Origin: a virus
Taxonomy: Duplodnaviria > Caudoviricetes
IMG/VR virus record: IMGVR_UViG_3300030606_000365
Location: 1-37,117 of that record
Reading direction: 5' to 3' (one strand)
DNA: 37,117 bases
Shown: piece after piece, positions 8,198-16,509 of the stretch
Layout of the letters: every line of letters begins with the position of its first letter
Position numbering within the stretch: position 1 is the first letter of the stretch
Program-made: the position numbers and the translations under genes
Notes under the pieces: model-generated
Told to the model about the DNA's origin: nothing
Databases searched by the model: none
Seen by the model: only the letters and a program-made list of their open reading frames with translations

Positions 8198-8988
8198 CGC
8201 CACCGGTAGTCCGCGCGCCAGGGATCGAGCCAGCCTACGAAACATGCACGCTAGAGAACTGGCTGCCGCTCGGTGGACAGGCCCCTGAGTGCCTGGCGTG
8301 GGCGCGGCGTTACGTGGAGGAACTGCGACGTCGGCGGCCGCGCACGGGCGCGGTCATCGCCGGGCCGACCGGCTGCGGGAAGACGCACCTGGTCGCGGCG
8401 ATCGTGAACGCCGCGTGGCCGTACGTGCGTGGCCGGCTCTGGTCGATGCCGATGCTGCTCGACCGGCTGCGTGAGCATGCGGCCGGCGAGCGGCCATACG
8501 ATCCGATCGTGTTTGCGCGGGAGACGCCGCTGCTGGTGCTCGACGACGTCGGCGCGGAGCGGCCGACACCGTTCGCACTCGAGCGGCTCTATGTGCTGAT
8601 CGCCGCGCGCCTGTCGCGGGCGCTTCCGACGGTCGTCACGACGAACTACGCGCGGCCGACGCTGCTCACGGCCCGGCTGGGCAGCGACGTCGGTGCGCAG
8701 CGCATCGTCTCGCGGCTGCGCGAGGCGGGGCCATGGTTCACGTTGCTGGGCGACGACCAGCGGATGAGCCGCGACCGGCGGATTCCGCCGCGGCGCACGA
8801 CGCCCGCGCCGCCGGCGCCGGAAGAGTCGGGCCCGTTCGTGCCGCGCGAGAAGCTCACCGAGCTCTACGAGCGGCTGAACCTCGACATGGGCCAGGTGCG
8901 TGGGCGGCTCTCGCCGGAGGACGAAGCGGTGCGACGTGCGGAGCTGCGCACGCAGGCCGAGCAGCTCGGGGTACGGCGCGATGGCTGA
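8194..8988 (+). CDS. DnaC/IstB-like AAA+ helicase loader
   Basis: Walker A GPTGCGKT, Walker B LLVLDDVG, TTN, RIVSRL. Confidence 0.9.
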   Translation: MTPPVVRAPGIEPAYETCTLENWLPLGGQAPECLAWARRYVEELRRRRPRTGAVIAGPTGCGKTHLVAAIVNAAWPYVRGRLWSMPMLLDRLREHAAGERPYDPIVFARETPLLVLDDVGAERPTPFALERLYVLIAARLSRALPTVVTTNYARPTLLTARLGSDVGAQRIVSRLREAGPWFTLLGDDQRMSRDRRIPPRRTTPAPPAPEESGPFVPREKLTELYERLNLDMGQVRGRLSPEDEAVRRAELRTQAEQLGVRRDG

Positions 8989-9256
8989 GGCGGTCGCCTG
9001 CCGCGGGCGCACCTGCGACGCCGAGGTCGTGTGGGCGCGGCACTACGACACGGGCAAGCGGATGCCGTTCGACGCAGAGCCGCTCGACCCGCGCGAGGTG
9101 GGGACGCGCGGGCTCTTCTGGCTCGACGAGGGCCACCAGGACGGCACGCCACGCGCGTATCCGGCGAACATGGTGCCGGACGCGATCGACCTGTACCGCT
9201 CGCACTTCGCGACGTGTTCGGATGCGGCGCGTTTCCGGGGAAAGGGCCGCGCATGA
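8981..9256 (+). CDS. Phage hypothetical Zn-binding protein (91 aa)
   Basis: C-x4-C...W...GKRMPFD...SHFATC pattern common in phages; overlaps neighbours. Confidence 0.75.
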   Translation: MAEAVACRGRTCDAEVVWARHYDTGKRMPFDAEPLDPREVGTRGLFWLDEGHQDGTPRAYPANMVPDAIDLYRSHFATCSDAARFRGKGRA

Positions 9257-9969
9257 CGGGAGTGTTCGTGGTGTTCGAGGGGATCGACGGCAGCGGGAAG
9301 ACGACGCTCGTGCGCGAGGTGGCCGCCCAGCTCACGGTCGCCGGCGCCGACCCGATCGTGACGCAGGAGCCGTGGCACCCGATGCTCTCGAAGCTCCTGC
9401 GCGAGCATCCGTGGCACTCGCAGTGGGCGCGCCTCGAGCTCTACGCGGCCGACCGCGCCGAGCACGTCACGCGCGTGATCCGCCCGGCGCTTGACGCGGG
9501 GCGGCTGGTGCTCTGCGATCGGTTCATCGCGAGCACGATCGCGTACCAGAGCGAGACGGCCTGGCTCGACTTGCCCGCCTGGTATCAGCAGGAGCGGATC
9601 CAGACGGTGCGGGGGCTCGTGGGCGAGCTGCCGTACGACGAAGCGATCGCGGCGCTCTGGAATCACCCGGAGCCGATGATCGACTTGGTGGCGTCGCGCG
9701 CTGCGCTGGAGGTCGAGCCGGACGTGACGGTGCTGCTCGATGTGCCGGTGGACGTGGCGCAGGCCCGGCTCCGGGCGCGGGGCCGCCCGCTCGACGACTA
9801 CGAGGGCGCGGCGTTCCAGCAGCGCGTGGCGCGGCGCTACCAGGCGATGCTGGTCGAGAATCAGGCGCGCTGGATGGTGCTCGATGGCGAGCAGGCGCCG
9901 GCCGACAACGCCGACGCGGTCGTGCGGCGCCTCGGCATCATGCGCGCGCAGCGGGGGCTGGTGCCGTGA
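9253..9969 (+). CDS. tmk: Thymidylate (dTMP) kinase
   Basis: FVVFEGIDGSGKTT P-loop, EP, LYAADRAEH, LCDRFIASTIAYQ, PDVTVLLDV. Confidence 0.92.
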   Translation: MTGVFVVFEGIDGSGKTTLVREVAAQLTVAGADPIVTQEPWHPMLSKLLREHPWHSQWARLELYAADRAEHVTRVIRPALDAGRLVLCDRFIASTIAYQSETAWLDLPAWYQQERIQTVRGLVGELPYDEAIAALWNHPEPMIDLVASRAALEVEPDVTVLLDVPVDVAQARLRARGRPLDDYEGAAFQQRVARRYQAMLVENQARWMVLDGEQAPADNADAVVRRLGIMRAQRGLVP

Positions 9970-10319
9970 TCGTGCTGCCGATCGTGGAACCGTGGTTTCC
10001 GGGGCGTGTGCTCACGCATCCGCCGGGGCCCGAGGGCCGAACCCAGCGCGTGAACCCGAAGCTCGCTGGGCTGCCGCCGTCGTACCTCGTCGGACGCTTC
10101 GCAACGGGCGGGCGGCTGGTGCCGTGCGAGGCGTACCACGCGGGCGACACGCATCTACGCTACCCGCAGCTCATCGGGGACAAGATCATGTCGATGGGCA
10201 TGCACCTCGGCCGGCCGCACGACCTGGTCGTCGTCGGCTTCGCGACGGTCGAGCCGCGCCTCCCCACGGGGCAGGAGTGTGCGGCGACGGCCGCGGCGCT
10301 GCGGGGCTGCCTGCGATGA
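9966..10319 (+). CDS. Hypothetical protein (117 aa)
   Basis: GTGA/ATGA coupling at both ends. Confidence 0.65.
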   Translation: MIVLPIVEPWFPGRVLTHPPGPEGRTQRVNPKLAGLPPSYLVGRFATGGRLVPCEAYHAGDTHLRYPQLIGDKIMSMGMHLGRPHDLVVVGFATVEPRLPTGQECAATAAALRGCLR

Positions 10320-10888
10320 GGATGAACCTCAAGCACTTCGAGCACGTGGCACGTCGCGCGGGGCTGGATCCGGCGGCGCTCGGCTTCACGAAGCGTCGCG
10401 GCCGCTACGGCATCCCACGCTCGGGCCACGCCGGCTCGACGCAGGAGCGCGTGCGCGGTGAGGAGCTACTCCTGCTGGCGAGCGACTCGAAGAGCGGGAT
10501 CACGGATGTGCGGTTTCAGGTGGAGGTGCCGCTGCTCGTGACGTCGTGGCGGCTCGACTTCGTCTACGACGAGGATGGCCGGACGATCTACGAGGATTTC
10601 AAGGGCGACGCGACGAAGAAAGATCGGGAGTACCTGCTCAAGAAAAAGCTCTTCCTGCTCGATGGGCCGGGCCCGCTGCGCATCTCGGAGTGGCAGTGCG
10701 GCGGGCCCGTGGTCACCGAGGAGCACATTCCTGCCGGGCTCTTCACGGCCTACGCGGCGTTGAGCGCGACGATGCGCGCGTGGGACGACCAGGGGCCGCG
10801 CCGGATGCCGGCCGCGGTGCAGCGCGCGCTCCATGGGGTGCGCGCGGCGGAGTTTCAGTGGCACGCGAAGGGGCAGGGTCGTGGCTGA
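10316..10888 (+). CDS. DUF1064-like PD-(D/E)xK endonuclease
   Basis: ITDVRFQV...LDFVY...YEDFKG...EYLLKKKL. Confidence 0.75.
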   Translation: MRMNLKHFEHVARRAGLDPAALGFTKRRGRYGIPRSGHAGSTQERVRGEELLLLASDSKSGITDVRFQVEVPLLVTSWRLDFVYDEDGRTIYEDFKGDATKKDREYLLKKKLFLLDGPGPLRISEWQCGGPVVTEEHIPAGLFTAYAALSATMRAWDDQGPRRMPAAVQRALHGVRAAEFQWHAKGQGRG

Positions 10889-11066
10889 TCGGCTCCCCTC
10901 GCGGCCGCCGAACATGGAGCGTGGTCGGGATCGCCTCTCGGCCGGCGACCTCTGGCTCACGGCGGCGTGCCTGGTGGCGTTCGTGGTCGGGCCGGTCGGG
11001 ATTACGTGGGTGCTCGCAACGTGGGACGCGCAGCGAGCCTGCGCGCTGGAGGTGCACGATGGGTAA
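10881..11066 (+). CDS. Small membrane protein (61 aa)
   Basis: One hydrophobic helix LWLTAACLVAFVVGPVGITWVL; overlaps both neighbours. Confidence 0.6.
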   Translation: MADRLPSRPPNMERGRDRLSAGDLWLTAACLVAFVVGPVGITWVLATWDAQRACALEVHDG

Positions 11067-11760
11067 GCGGGCGGGCGTCGCGACGACGTTCGATTTCGAG
11101 GGGCTCGAAGGGCGCATGACCGAGCTGCGGTCGGCGTACGAGACGCGGGTGGGCCTGAGCCTCCAGACCGTGGAGGACGAGGACCAGCAGAAGTGGCTGC
11201 ACGGCGAGCACGCGCGTGTGGCCGTCGCGATCGCGGAGGAGCTGGCCGAGCTCACGGCGGTGCGCGAGGACGCGGCGAGCCGCAAAGTGCTCTACCGGTC
11301 TCGGGCGCGGCGCGAGGCGCTGGCCGAGCTCTCGAAGAACGCGCTCAAGGGCGAGTGCTCCGTCGCGCTCATTCGCCAGCGCATCGCCGTCGCGGAGGCG
11401 TTCGGCCGCGCCGACGAGGACGGCATCCACAAGCCGTTCGCCGATCGCTCGTGGACGTGGTTTCGCGCGGTGCTCAACGCCTCGAAGCGTGAGAGCCGCG
11501 ACCCGATGGACCTGGCCGAGGAGGCGTACCGCCGCGACTGGTCGGTCCAGGGCTTGAACGCGCTCGGGAAGTCGGCAGACGACCCGGTGGCGGCGCTGAG
11601 CTGGGGGTGTGCGGAATGTGGAGCGGAGGGCACGATCACGACGACGCCAGAACGTGCCGGGCTCGCCATGCGCTGCCCGGTGTGCCTGGCGATGGCGGAG
11701 CGGGAGCTCCAGGGCCGAGCGAACCTGCACGAGATCGGCTATGTGGGCAGCCTCCAGTAG
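11059..11760 (+). CDS. Hypothetical protein with C-terminal Zn ribbon (233 aa)
   Basis: GGAGG RBS; CAEC...CPVC. Confidence 0.75.
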   Translation: MGKRAGVATTFDFEGLEGRMTELRSAYETRVGLSLQTVEDEDQQKWLHGEHARVAVAIAEELAELTAVREDAASRKVLYRSRARREALAELSKNALKGECSVALIRQRIAVAEAFGRADEDGIHKPFADRSWTWFRAVLNASKRESRDPMDLAEEAYRRDWSVQGLNALGKSADDPVAALSWGCAECGAEGTITTTPERAGLAMRCPVCLAMAERELQGRANLHEIGYVGSLQ

Positions 11761-11780
11761 CGAGCATCTGGCCTGCGCGC

Positions 11781-12374
11781 GTGCGGGCGCTGCGCGAGCT
11801 GGCGGGCCTCTCGCAAGCCGGCCTGGGGCGCCTCATCGGTGTCGGCAAGAGCGCGGTCTACCGCTGGGAGGCCGGCGAGGTCGAGCCGTCGAGCGTGCAT
11901 CAGGGGAAGATCGAGGCCGTCTCGCGCTCGGTGGCCGAGGCGCTCACGCTGCCCCCGATCGAGCGGGCGCGGCGTGTGCGGGCCGTGCTCGCGCCGGCGG
12001 CGCCGCCGGCGGTGCGCCGCGGCGTGCCGGCCTCGGTGCGCCCGCACCAGCCGCCGCCGAGGCTCGGCCGGCCGTGCATCGAGTACGTGGGCTACAGCCG
12101 CCCGCGCGTCCAGGTGCCCGAGCTCCGCGTCGTGCAGTCGTTCGTGGTGTGGGTCTACGGGACCGACACGCGCTGGGCGATCGCGGGGCAGGGCAGCGAG
12201 TTCCCGGCGGGGGCGGTGGCGGTCGAGTGGTGCCTGCCGGTGCCGCCGCTGCGGCTGGACTATCCGGCGATCGACACCTGGCCGTCGCTCGACGCGCTGC
12301 GGGAGGCGCTGACGCGCTGTGAGTACGCCGCGGCCCTCACGTTCCGAGGAGAGTTTGACGATGGCGCAGGCTGA
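11781..12374 (+). CDS. XRE-family HTH protein (start uncertain)
   Basis: RALRELAGLSQAGLGRLIGVGKSAVYRWEAGEVEP. Confidence 0.75.
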   Translation: MRALRELAGLSQAGLGRLIGVGKSAVYRWEAGEVEPSSVHQGKIEAVSRSVAEALTLPPIERARRVRAVLAPAAPPAVRRGVPASVRPHQPPPRLGRPCIEYVGYSRPRVQVPELRVVQSFVVWVYGTDTRWAIAGQGSEFPAGAVAVEWCLPVPPLRLDYPAIDTWPSLDALREALTRCEYAAALTFRGEFDDGAG

Positions 12375-12624
12375 GACGGCGGTGCTCGAGCTCGCGGGAC
12401 GGTTCGGCTGGCCGCTCGTGCGCATCTTGCCCGCCACGTACGTGGCGGCCGAGGAGGCGACCTGGCGACACTTTGCCGCTGCGGGACGGCGGCTCGGACG
12501 CAGCGGATGGCGGCTGCTCTATGCGGCGCTGCACACGCTCGAGGCGCTCGATTGGCTCGACGAGGACGCGCGGGCCGAGGAGCTCGCGCTGATGGCGACC
12601 CGGTTCGCGGTGACGCGGGCCTGA
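12361..12624 (+). CDS. Hypothetical protein (87 aa)
   Basis: GAGGAG RBS; good codon usage. Confidence 0.65.
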   Translation: MAQAETAVLELAGRFGWPLVRILPATYVAAEEATWRHFAAAGRRLGRSGWRLLYAALHTLEALDWLDEDARAEELALMATRFAVTRA

Positions 12625-12648
12625 CACGGGGACGGGGGGACACGACGG

Positions 12649-12870
12649 ATGACATTGACGGTACGGGTGACGCGCGAGCAGGGGCGCGCGCTCGCGAATC
12701 TGGCGGGCCTCACGATGATCGCGGAGGCCAAGGGGATCTCGTGCACGCCGCTCACGACGGCCGATGCGCGGCAGCTCGTGGATCTGCTGCGCCGGGTCGG
12801 CTGCGCGGTGGCGATCGACGAGGGCGCGCGGCTCGCACGCCAGACGCTCCAGACGCTGGCGGAGGGCTGA
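12649..12870 (+). CDS. Hypothetical protein (73 aa)
   Basis: GGGGGA RBS; operon context. Confidence 0.65.
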   Translation: MTLTVRVTREQGRALANLAGLTMIAEAKGISCTPLTTADARQLVDLLRRVGCAVAIDEGARLARQTLQTLAEG

Positions 12871-12873
12871 GCC

Positions 12874-13506
12874 ATGTCGCTACGCGCGGTGGTACGACGG
12901 CTCACGCGGACGGCGACGCCGCATCGGCTCGAGGAGGCTGGGCTCGTCGTCGTGCAGTTCGACGAGCAGGACACGCGGCATGCGGCCGACGTCATGCGCA
13001 CGATCGGGGCGCGCATCCGCCAGGAGCTCGCGGCGCACGGCTTCCAGGGCGCGTTCGTCGCGCTGCCGCCCGGCTTCGACGTCCGGACGGCCTCGGAGAG
13101 CCAGCTCCGCTATCTGCACACGCTGCTCGGGCAGCACCTCACGGCGATCGACCGTCTGCGAGCGGAGTCGCCGTGCCGGAAGACACCGAAGCTCTCGGCG
13201 GAGACCTGCCGGGCACTGCACGACTGCCAGCCGGAGCCGGAACCGCCGTTCGCGGCGGAGGTGCCGGAGGGCGCGGTGCAGACGCAGGTGGCGTGGCTGC
13301 TCCAGGTGCCGGCGTCCCACCGCAAGGTGCGCACCGGCGTGCTGGGCGAGCCCTACGGCTGTCCGGTCTGCCGGCAGCGGTGTCCGGTGTCCGATCGCGT
13401 CGACGGGCCGGTCGTGTCGGGGCAACAGACCGAGCGCTGGCAGGCGTGCTGCCCGGAGCACGGCGGGTACGCGAACCTGGTGCGCGTGCCGCAGGCCGAG
13501 GCGTAG
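12874..13506 (+). CDS. Hypothetical protein with Zn-ribbon C-terminus (210 aa)
   Basis: GGAGG RBS; CPVC...CPEH. Confidence 0.7.
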   Translation: MSLRAVVRRLTRTATPHRLEEAGLVVVQFDEQDTRHAADVMRTIGARIRQELAAHGFQGAFVALPPGFDVRTASESQLRYLHTLLGQHLTAIDRLRAESPCRKTPKLSAETCRALHDCQPEPEPPFAAEVPEGAVQTQVAWLLQVPASHRKVRTGVLGEPYGCPVCRQRCPVSDRVDGPVVSGQQTERWQACCPEHGGYANLVRVPQAEA

Positions 13507-13509
13507 CGG

Positions 13510-13746
13510 ATGCCGTGTCGGACGATCCCGCTGCCCGGTGGGGGCTACGCCACCGTGCGCACCGCGAACACGCCGCGTCGGCGGTGCCAGGCCCCCGGCT
13601 GCACCTGGTGGGGCGAGGTGCTCTGCGACTTCCCGGCGCCGGAGCGGAAGTCGAAGACGTGCGACGCGCGCGCCTGCCGGAAGCACGCCCGGCACGTCGG
13701 GCCAGACCGGGATCACTGCTGGCAGCACGAGACGGAGGCAACGTGA
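13510..13746 (+). CDS. Small Cys-rich phage protein (78 aa)
   Basis: LCDFP...KTCD..C..HA..VG.D.D.C..H pattern. Confidence 0.7.
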   Translation: MPCRTIPLPGGGYATVRTANTPRRRCQAPGCTWWGEVLCDFPAPERKSKTCDARACRKHARHVGPDRDHCWQHETEAT

Positions 13747-15548
13747 TGAGACCGAAGGGCAAGGTGATCGACATGCACAGCATCCCCATCGGGAAGAGCG
13801 CCGATGGGGCGGGGGGCTTCGGCCTGCCGCTTGAGGCGGTGACGCAGACGTTCGGCATCCTGGCCAAGCGCGGCGTCGGGAAGACGTACCTCGCGCTCAA
13901 GATGGTCGAGGGCATGCTCGCCGTGCACCAGCAGGTGGTCGTGGTGGACCCGCTGGGCGTCACCTGGGGGCTCCGGCTCGATGCGGCCGGCCAGCGGGCC
14001 TCGGGTGCTGAGCTGGTGATCTTCGGGGGTGAGCACGGCGACGTACCGCTCGAGGAGACGGCCGGCGCGATGATCGCGGAGTGGGTGGTGGCCGAGGGGC
14101 ACTCGGCGGTGCTCGACCTCTCGCTGATGCGCAAGGCCGCGCAGGTGCGTTTCATGACCGACTTCGCCGAGCGGCTCTACCAGAAGAACCGCCGGCCGCT
14201 GCACCTGGTGCTCGACGAGGCGGATGCGTTCGCGCCGCAGCGCCCGATGCCGGGCCAGCAGCGGATGCTCGGGGCCGTCGAGGACCTCGTGCGCCGCGGG
14301 CGCGCGCGCGGCCTCGGGATCACGCTCGTCACGCAGCGCGCCGCGGTGCTCAACAAGAACGTGCTCACGCAGGTGGAGGTCCTGGTCGCGCTGCGCACGG
14401 TGGGCGCTCCGGACCGCAAAGCCATGGACGAGTGGGTGCAGGCCCACGGCACGGCCGAGGAGCGGGCGACGTTCATGTCCTCGCTGGCCTCGCTCCCGAA
14501 GGGCACGGCGTGGTTTTGGTCGCCCGGCTGGCTTGAGTGCTTCACGCGGGTCGCGGTCGGCCGGCGCGCAACCTACGACTCGTCGAGCACGCCCGCCGTC
14601 GGCGGCCGTGCGCCGGCGCTGCGGGAGCTCGCGCCGATCGACCTCGAGCGGCTCTCGGCCGACATGCGCGCCACGGTAGAGCGGGCCAAGGCGAACGACC
14701 CGAAGGCGCTGCGGGCACGGGTGGCCGAGCTCGAGCGCCAGCTCGCGACCCCACCGAGCCCGCCGCCGGCGGAGGTGCGCGAGGTCGAGCGGCACATCCT
14801 GACGCCCGAGCAGGAGCACACGCTCAAAGGGCTGCACGGGACGTTCGACCGGATCGCGCAGGAGCTTGCGCAGCTTCGCGACGAGGCGCTTCGCAAGCTC
14901 GTCGAGGCGGGCAGCATGCTCGAGACGATCGAGCGCACGGCGCGGGGGCTGCTGGCGCGTCGTGTGGCCGACGCCTTGGAGCGAACCGCGGTTCCGAGCA
15001 AGTTTCGAGTTACGAAACCCGTAACTCAGCCGCGGGTCGTGGGCGAGCTGCGCGCGGGTTTCATCGATCCAGGCAAGGCGTCCGCGCCGATGATGCGGAA
15101 CATGCTCACGGCGCTCGCCCAGCATTCAGACGGCCTCGAGAAGCGGGTGCTCCTGCTGCACACGGGCTACAGCTCGAGTGGGCAGACCGCGACGGCCTTC
15201 CGGGAGCTGGTGCGGCTCGGCTACACCGAGGACCTGGGCGAGCATCGCCTGCGGGTGACGGCGGCCGGCCTGACGGCGCTCGGGCCCTACGAGCCGCTGC
15301 CGCAGGGCACGGCGCTGCGGGAGCACCTGCTCGGCGGCACGCGGCTCTCCCGGATGGACCGGAACATCCTGCGGGCGGTCTGCGACGCCTATCCGGCGCC
15401 GATCGGGAAGCGCGAGGTGCTGGCGCAGACGGGCTACAGCGCGAGTGGGCAGACCTCGTCGGCGTTCGGCCGGCTCACGCGGTTCGGCTACGTCGAACGG
15501 GCTGGCGGGCACCAGCTCCGGGCGTGGGAGGGGCTGTTCGATGGCTGA
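13746..15548 (+). CDS. HerA/DUF87 (FtsK-HerA superfamily) ATPase with coiled coil and two C-terminal wHTH-like repeats
   Basis: Walker A AKRGVGKT, VVDPLG, Walker B LVLDEAD, RRGRARGLGITLVTQR; alternative start 13773. Confidence 0.85.
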   Translation: MRPKGKVIDMHSIPIGKSADGAGGFGLPLEAVTQTFGILAKRGVGKTYLALKMVEGMLAVHQQVVVVDPLGVTWGLRLDAAGQRASGAELVIFGGEHGDVPLEETAGAMIAEWVVAEGHSAVLDLSLMRKAAQVRFMTDFAERLYQKNRRPLHLVLDEADAFAPQRPMPGQQRMLGAVEDLVRRGRARGLGITLVTQRAAVLNKNVLTQVEVLVALRTVGAPDRKAMDEWVQAHGTAEERATFMSSLASLPKGTAWFWSPGWLECFTRVAVGRRATYDSSSTPAVGGRAPALRELAPIDLERLSADMRATVERAKANDPKALRARVAELERQLATPPSPPPAEVREVERHILTPEQEHTLKGLHGTFDRIAQELAQLRDEALRKLVEAGSMLETIERTARGLLARRVADALERTAVPSKFRVTKPVTQPRVVGELRAGFIDPGKASAPMMRNMLTALAQHSDGLEKRVLLLHTGYSSSGQTATAFRELVRLGYTEDLGEHRLRVTAAGLTALGPYEPLPQGTALREHLLGGTRLSRMDRNILRAVCDAYPAPIGKREVLAQTGYSASGQTSSAFGRLTRFGYVERAGGHQLRAWEGLFDG

Positions 15549-15723
15549 GCGGGGAGGGGTCATGGAGGATTGGCGGGAGCGGACGGTGGAGAGCCGGCTC
15601 GTCGAGCTCGTGGTGATCGTCGTGGTGGTGGCGCTGCTCTACGTCTCGATGAGCCATGGCGTCTGGCCGGCCTGGCAGTCGGTGCTCAACGGGCAGGCCG
15701 GGCTGTTGGAGCTGCTGCCGTGA
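15541..15723 (+). CDS. Small membrane protein (60 aa)
   Basis: TM helix LVVIVVVVALLYV; overlaps both neighbours. Confidence 0.6.
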   Translation: MAERGGVMEDWRERTVESRLVELVVIVVVVALLYVSMSHGVWPAWQSVLNGQAGLLELLP

Positions 15724-16037
15724 CGGTGCCGCTGCGGAGCTACGGGGAGCCGGGGACGTTGCCGAAAGGCACGCGGCTGCGCGCGGTGACGAAGAGCCTG
15801 CTCGACGAGGGGCTCGTCGCCTGCGTGTGCGAGGTGCGCTCGCCGGCGGGCGAGGGCACGGGCCAGTGGCTCCTGGTGGTGAAGGCGGCGACGCTCTGTG
15901 ACGACGTCGCGTGGGAGCGGGCGTGGCGCGAGGGGCCGCTGCGCGCGACGGCGGGAGAGGCGCACACGGACCTCCGGGCGTTCATGGACGAGACCACGGC
16001 CGAGATCGTGAAGGCGCCGCCGAGGGCTCGGTCATGA
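15720..16037 (+). CDS. Hypothetical protein (105 aa)
   Basis: GTGA and ATGA coupling. Confidence 0.65.
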   Translation: MTVPLRSYGEPGTLPKGTRLRAVTKSLLDEGLVACVCEVRSPAGEGTGQWLLVVKAATLCDDVAWERAWREGPLRATAGEAHTDLRAFMDETTAEIVKAPPRARS

Positions 16038-16291
16038 CGTCGGCGGCGCTGCCCAGCTTCCTGATAGCGATGGCGTGCTTTCTGGCCTGGCAGGGCTGGG
16101 AGATGGTTGCCCGACTGCTCGAGGTCGAGGCGTCGCGCGATCACGGCCGCGACCGTCAATCGCTAGCGTGCCTGGTGGCCCGGCGAAACCTGAGCTTCGC
16201 GCAAGAGGGGGCCGGGACCTTCCGGGGGCTCACGATGCTGATGGTGGTCCTCGCGGTCACCGTGTTCGTGCTGCCGTGGGCGCTCTCGTGA
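16034..16291 (+). CDS. Two-TM membrane protein (85 aa)
   Basis: Hydrophobic helices at both termini; ATGA-coupled. Confidence 0.6.
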   Translation: MTSAALPSFLIAMACFLAWQGWEMVARLLEVEASRDHGRDRQSLACLVARRNLSFAQEGAGTFRGLTMLMVVLAVTVFVLPWALS

Positions 16292-16355
16292 GGGGACGAC
16301 CGCCGATGGTCGCGGTAACGGCGCGCGCCTCGTCGCGCCAGGAGTGAGGGGACGG

Positions 16356-16508
16356 ATGTCACTGAACATGGCGCGGATCGCGGAGGCGGCCGACGACCTC
16401 GAGGACGCGCGGCACTTCGGCGACGTGCTGCGCTGGCGTAAGGAGCTGCGCGAGGGGCTCGCCGGGCTCGACCGGCAGAGCGCCCGGTGGCTCGTGGACT
16501 CGTACTAG
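16356..16508 (+). pseudogene. 50-aa ORF, possible truncated N-terminus of a Tas / IS110-like Nop-domain protein
   Basis: Strong RBS GGAGTGAGGGG; MSLNMARIAEAADDLEDARHFGDVLRWRKELREGLAGLDRQSARWLVDSY-stop; the ending resembles the ARFLVDxYY segment I recall from phage IS110-like proteins; stop abuts the array. Confidence 0.5.
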
Positions 16509-16509
16509 C

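Noticed and set aside
12507-13745. N-terminal 413 aa of the 1013-aa ORF
   Set aside because: Arg/Gly/Ala-rich shadow frame over several better genes; the ATPase begins at 13746 or 13773.
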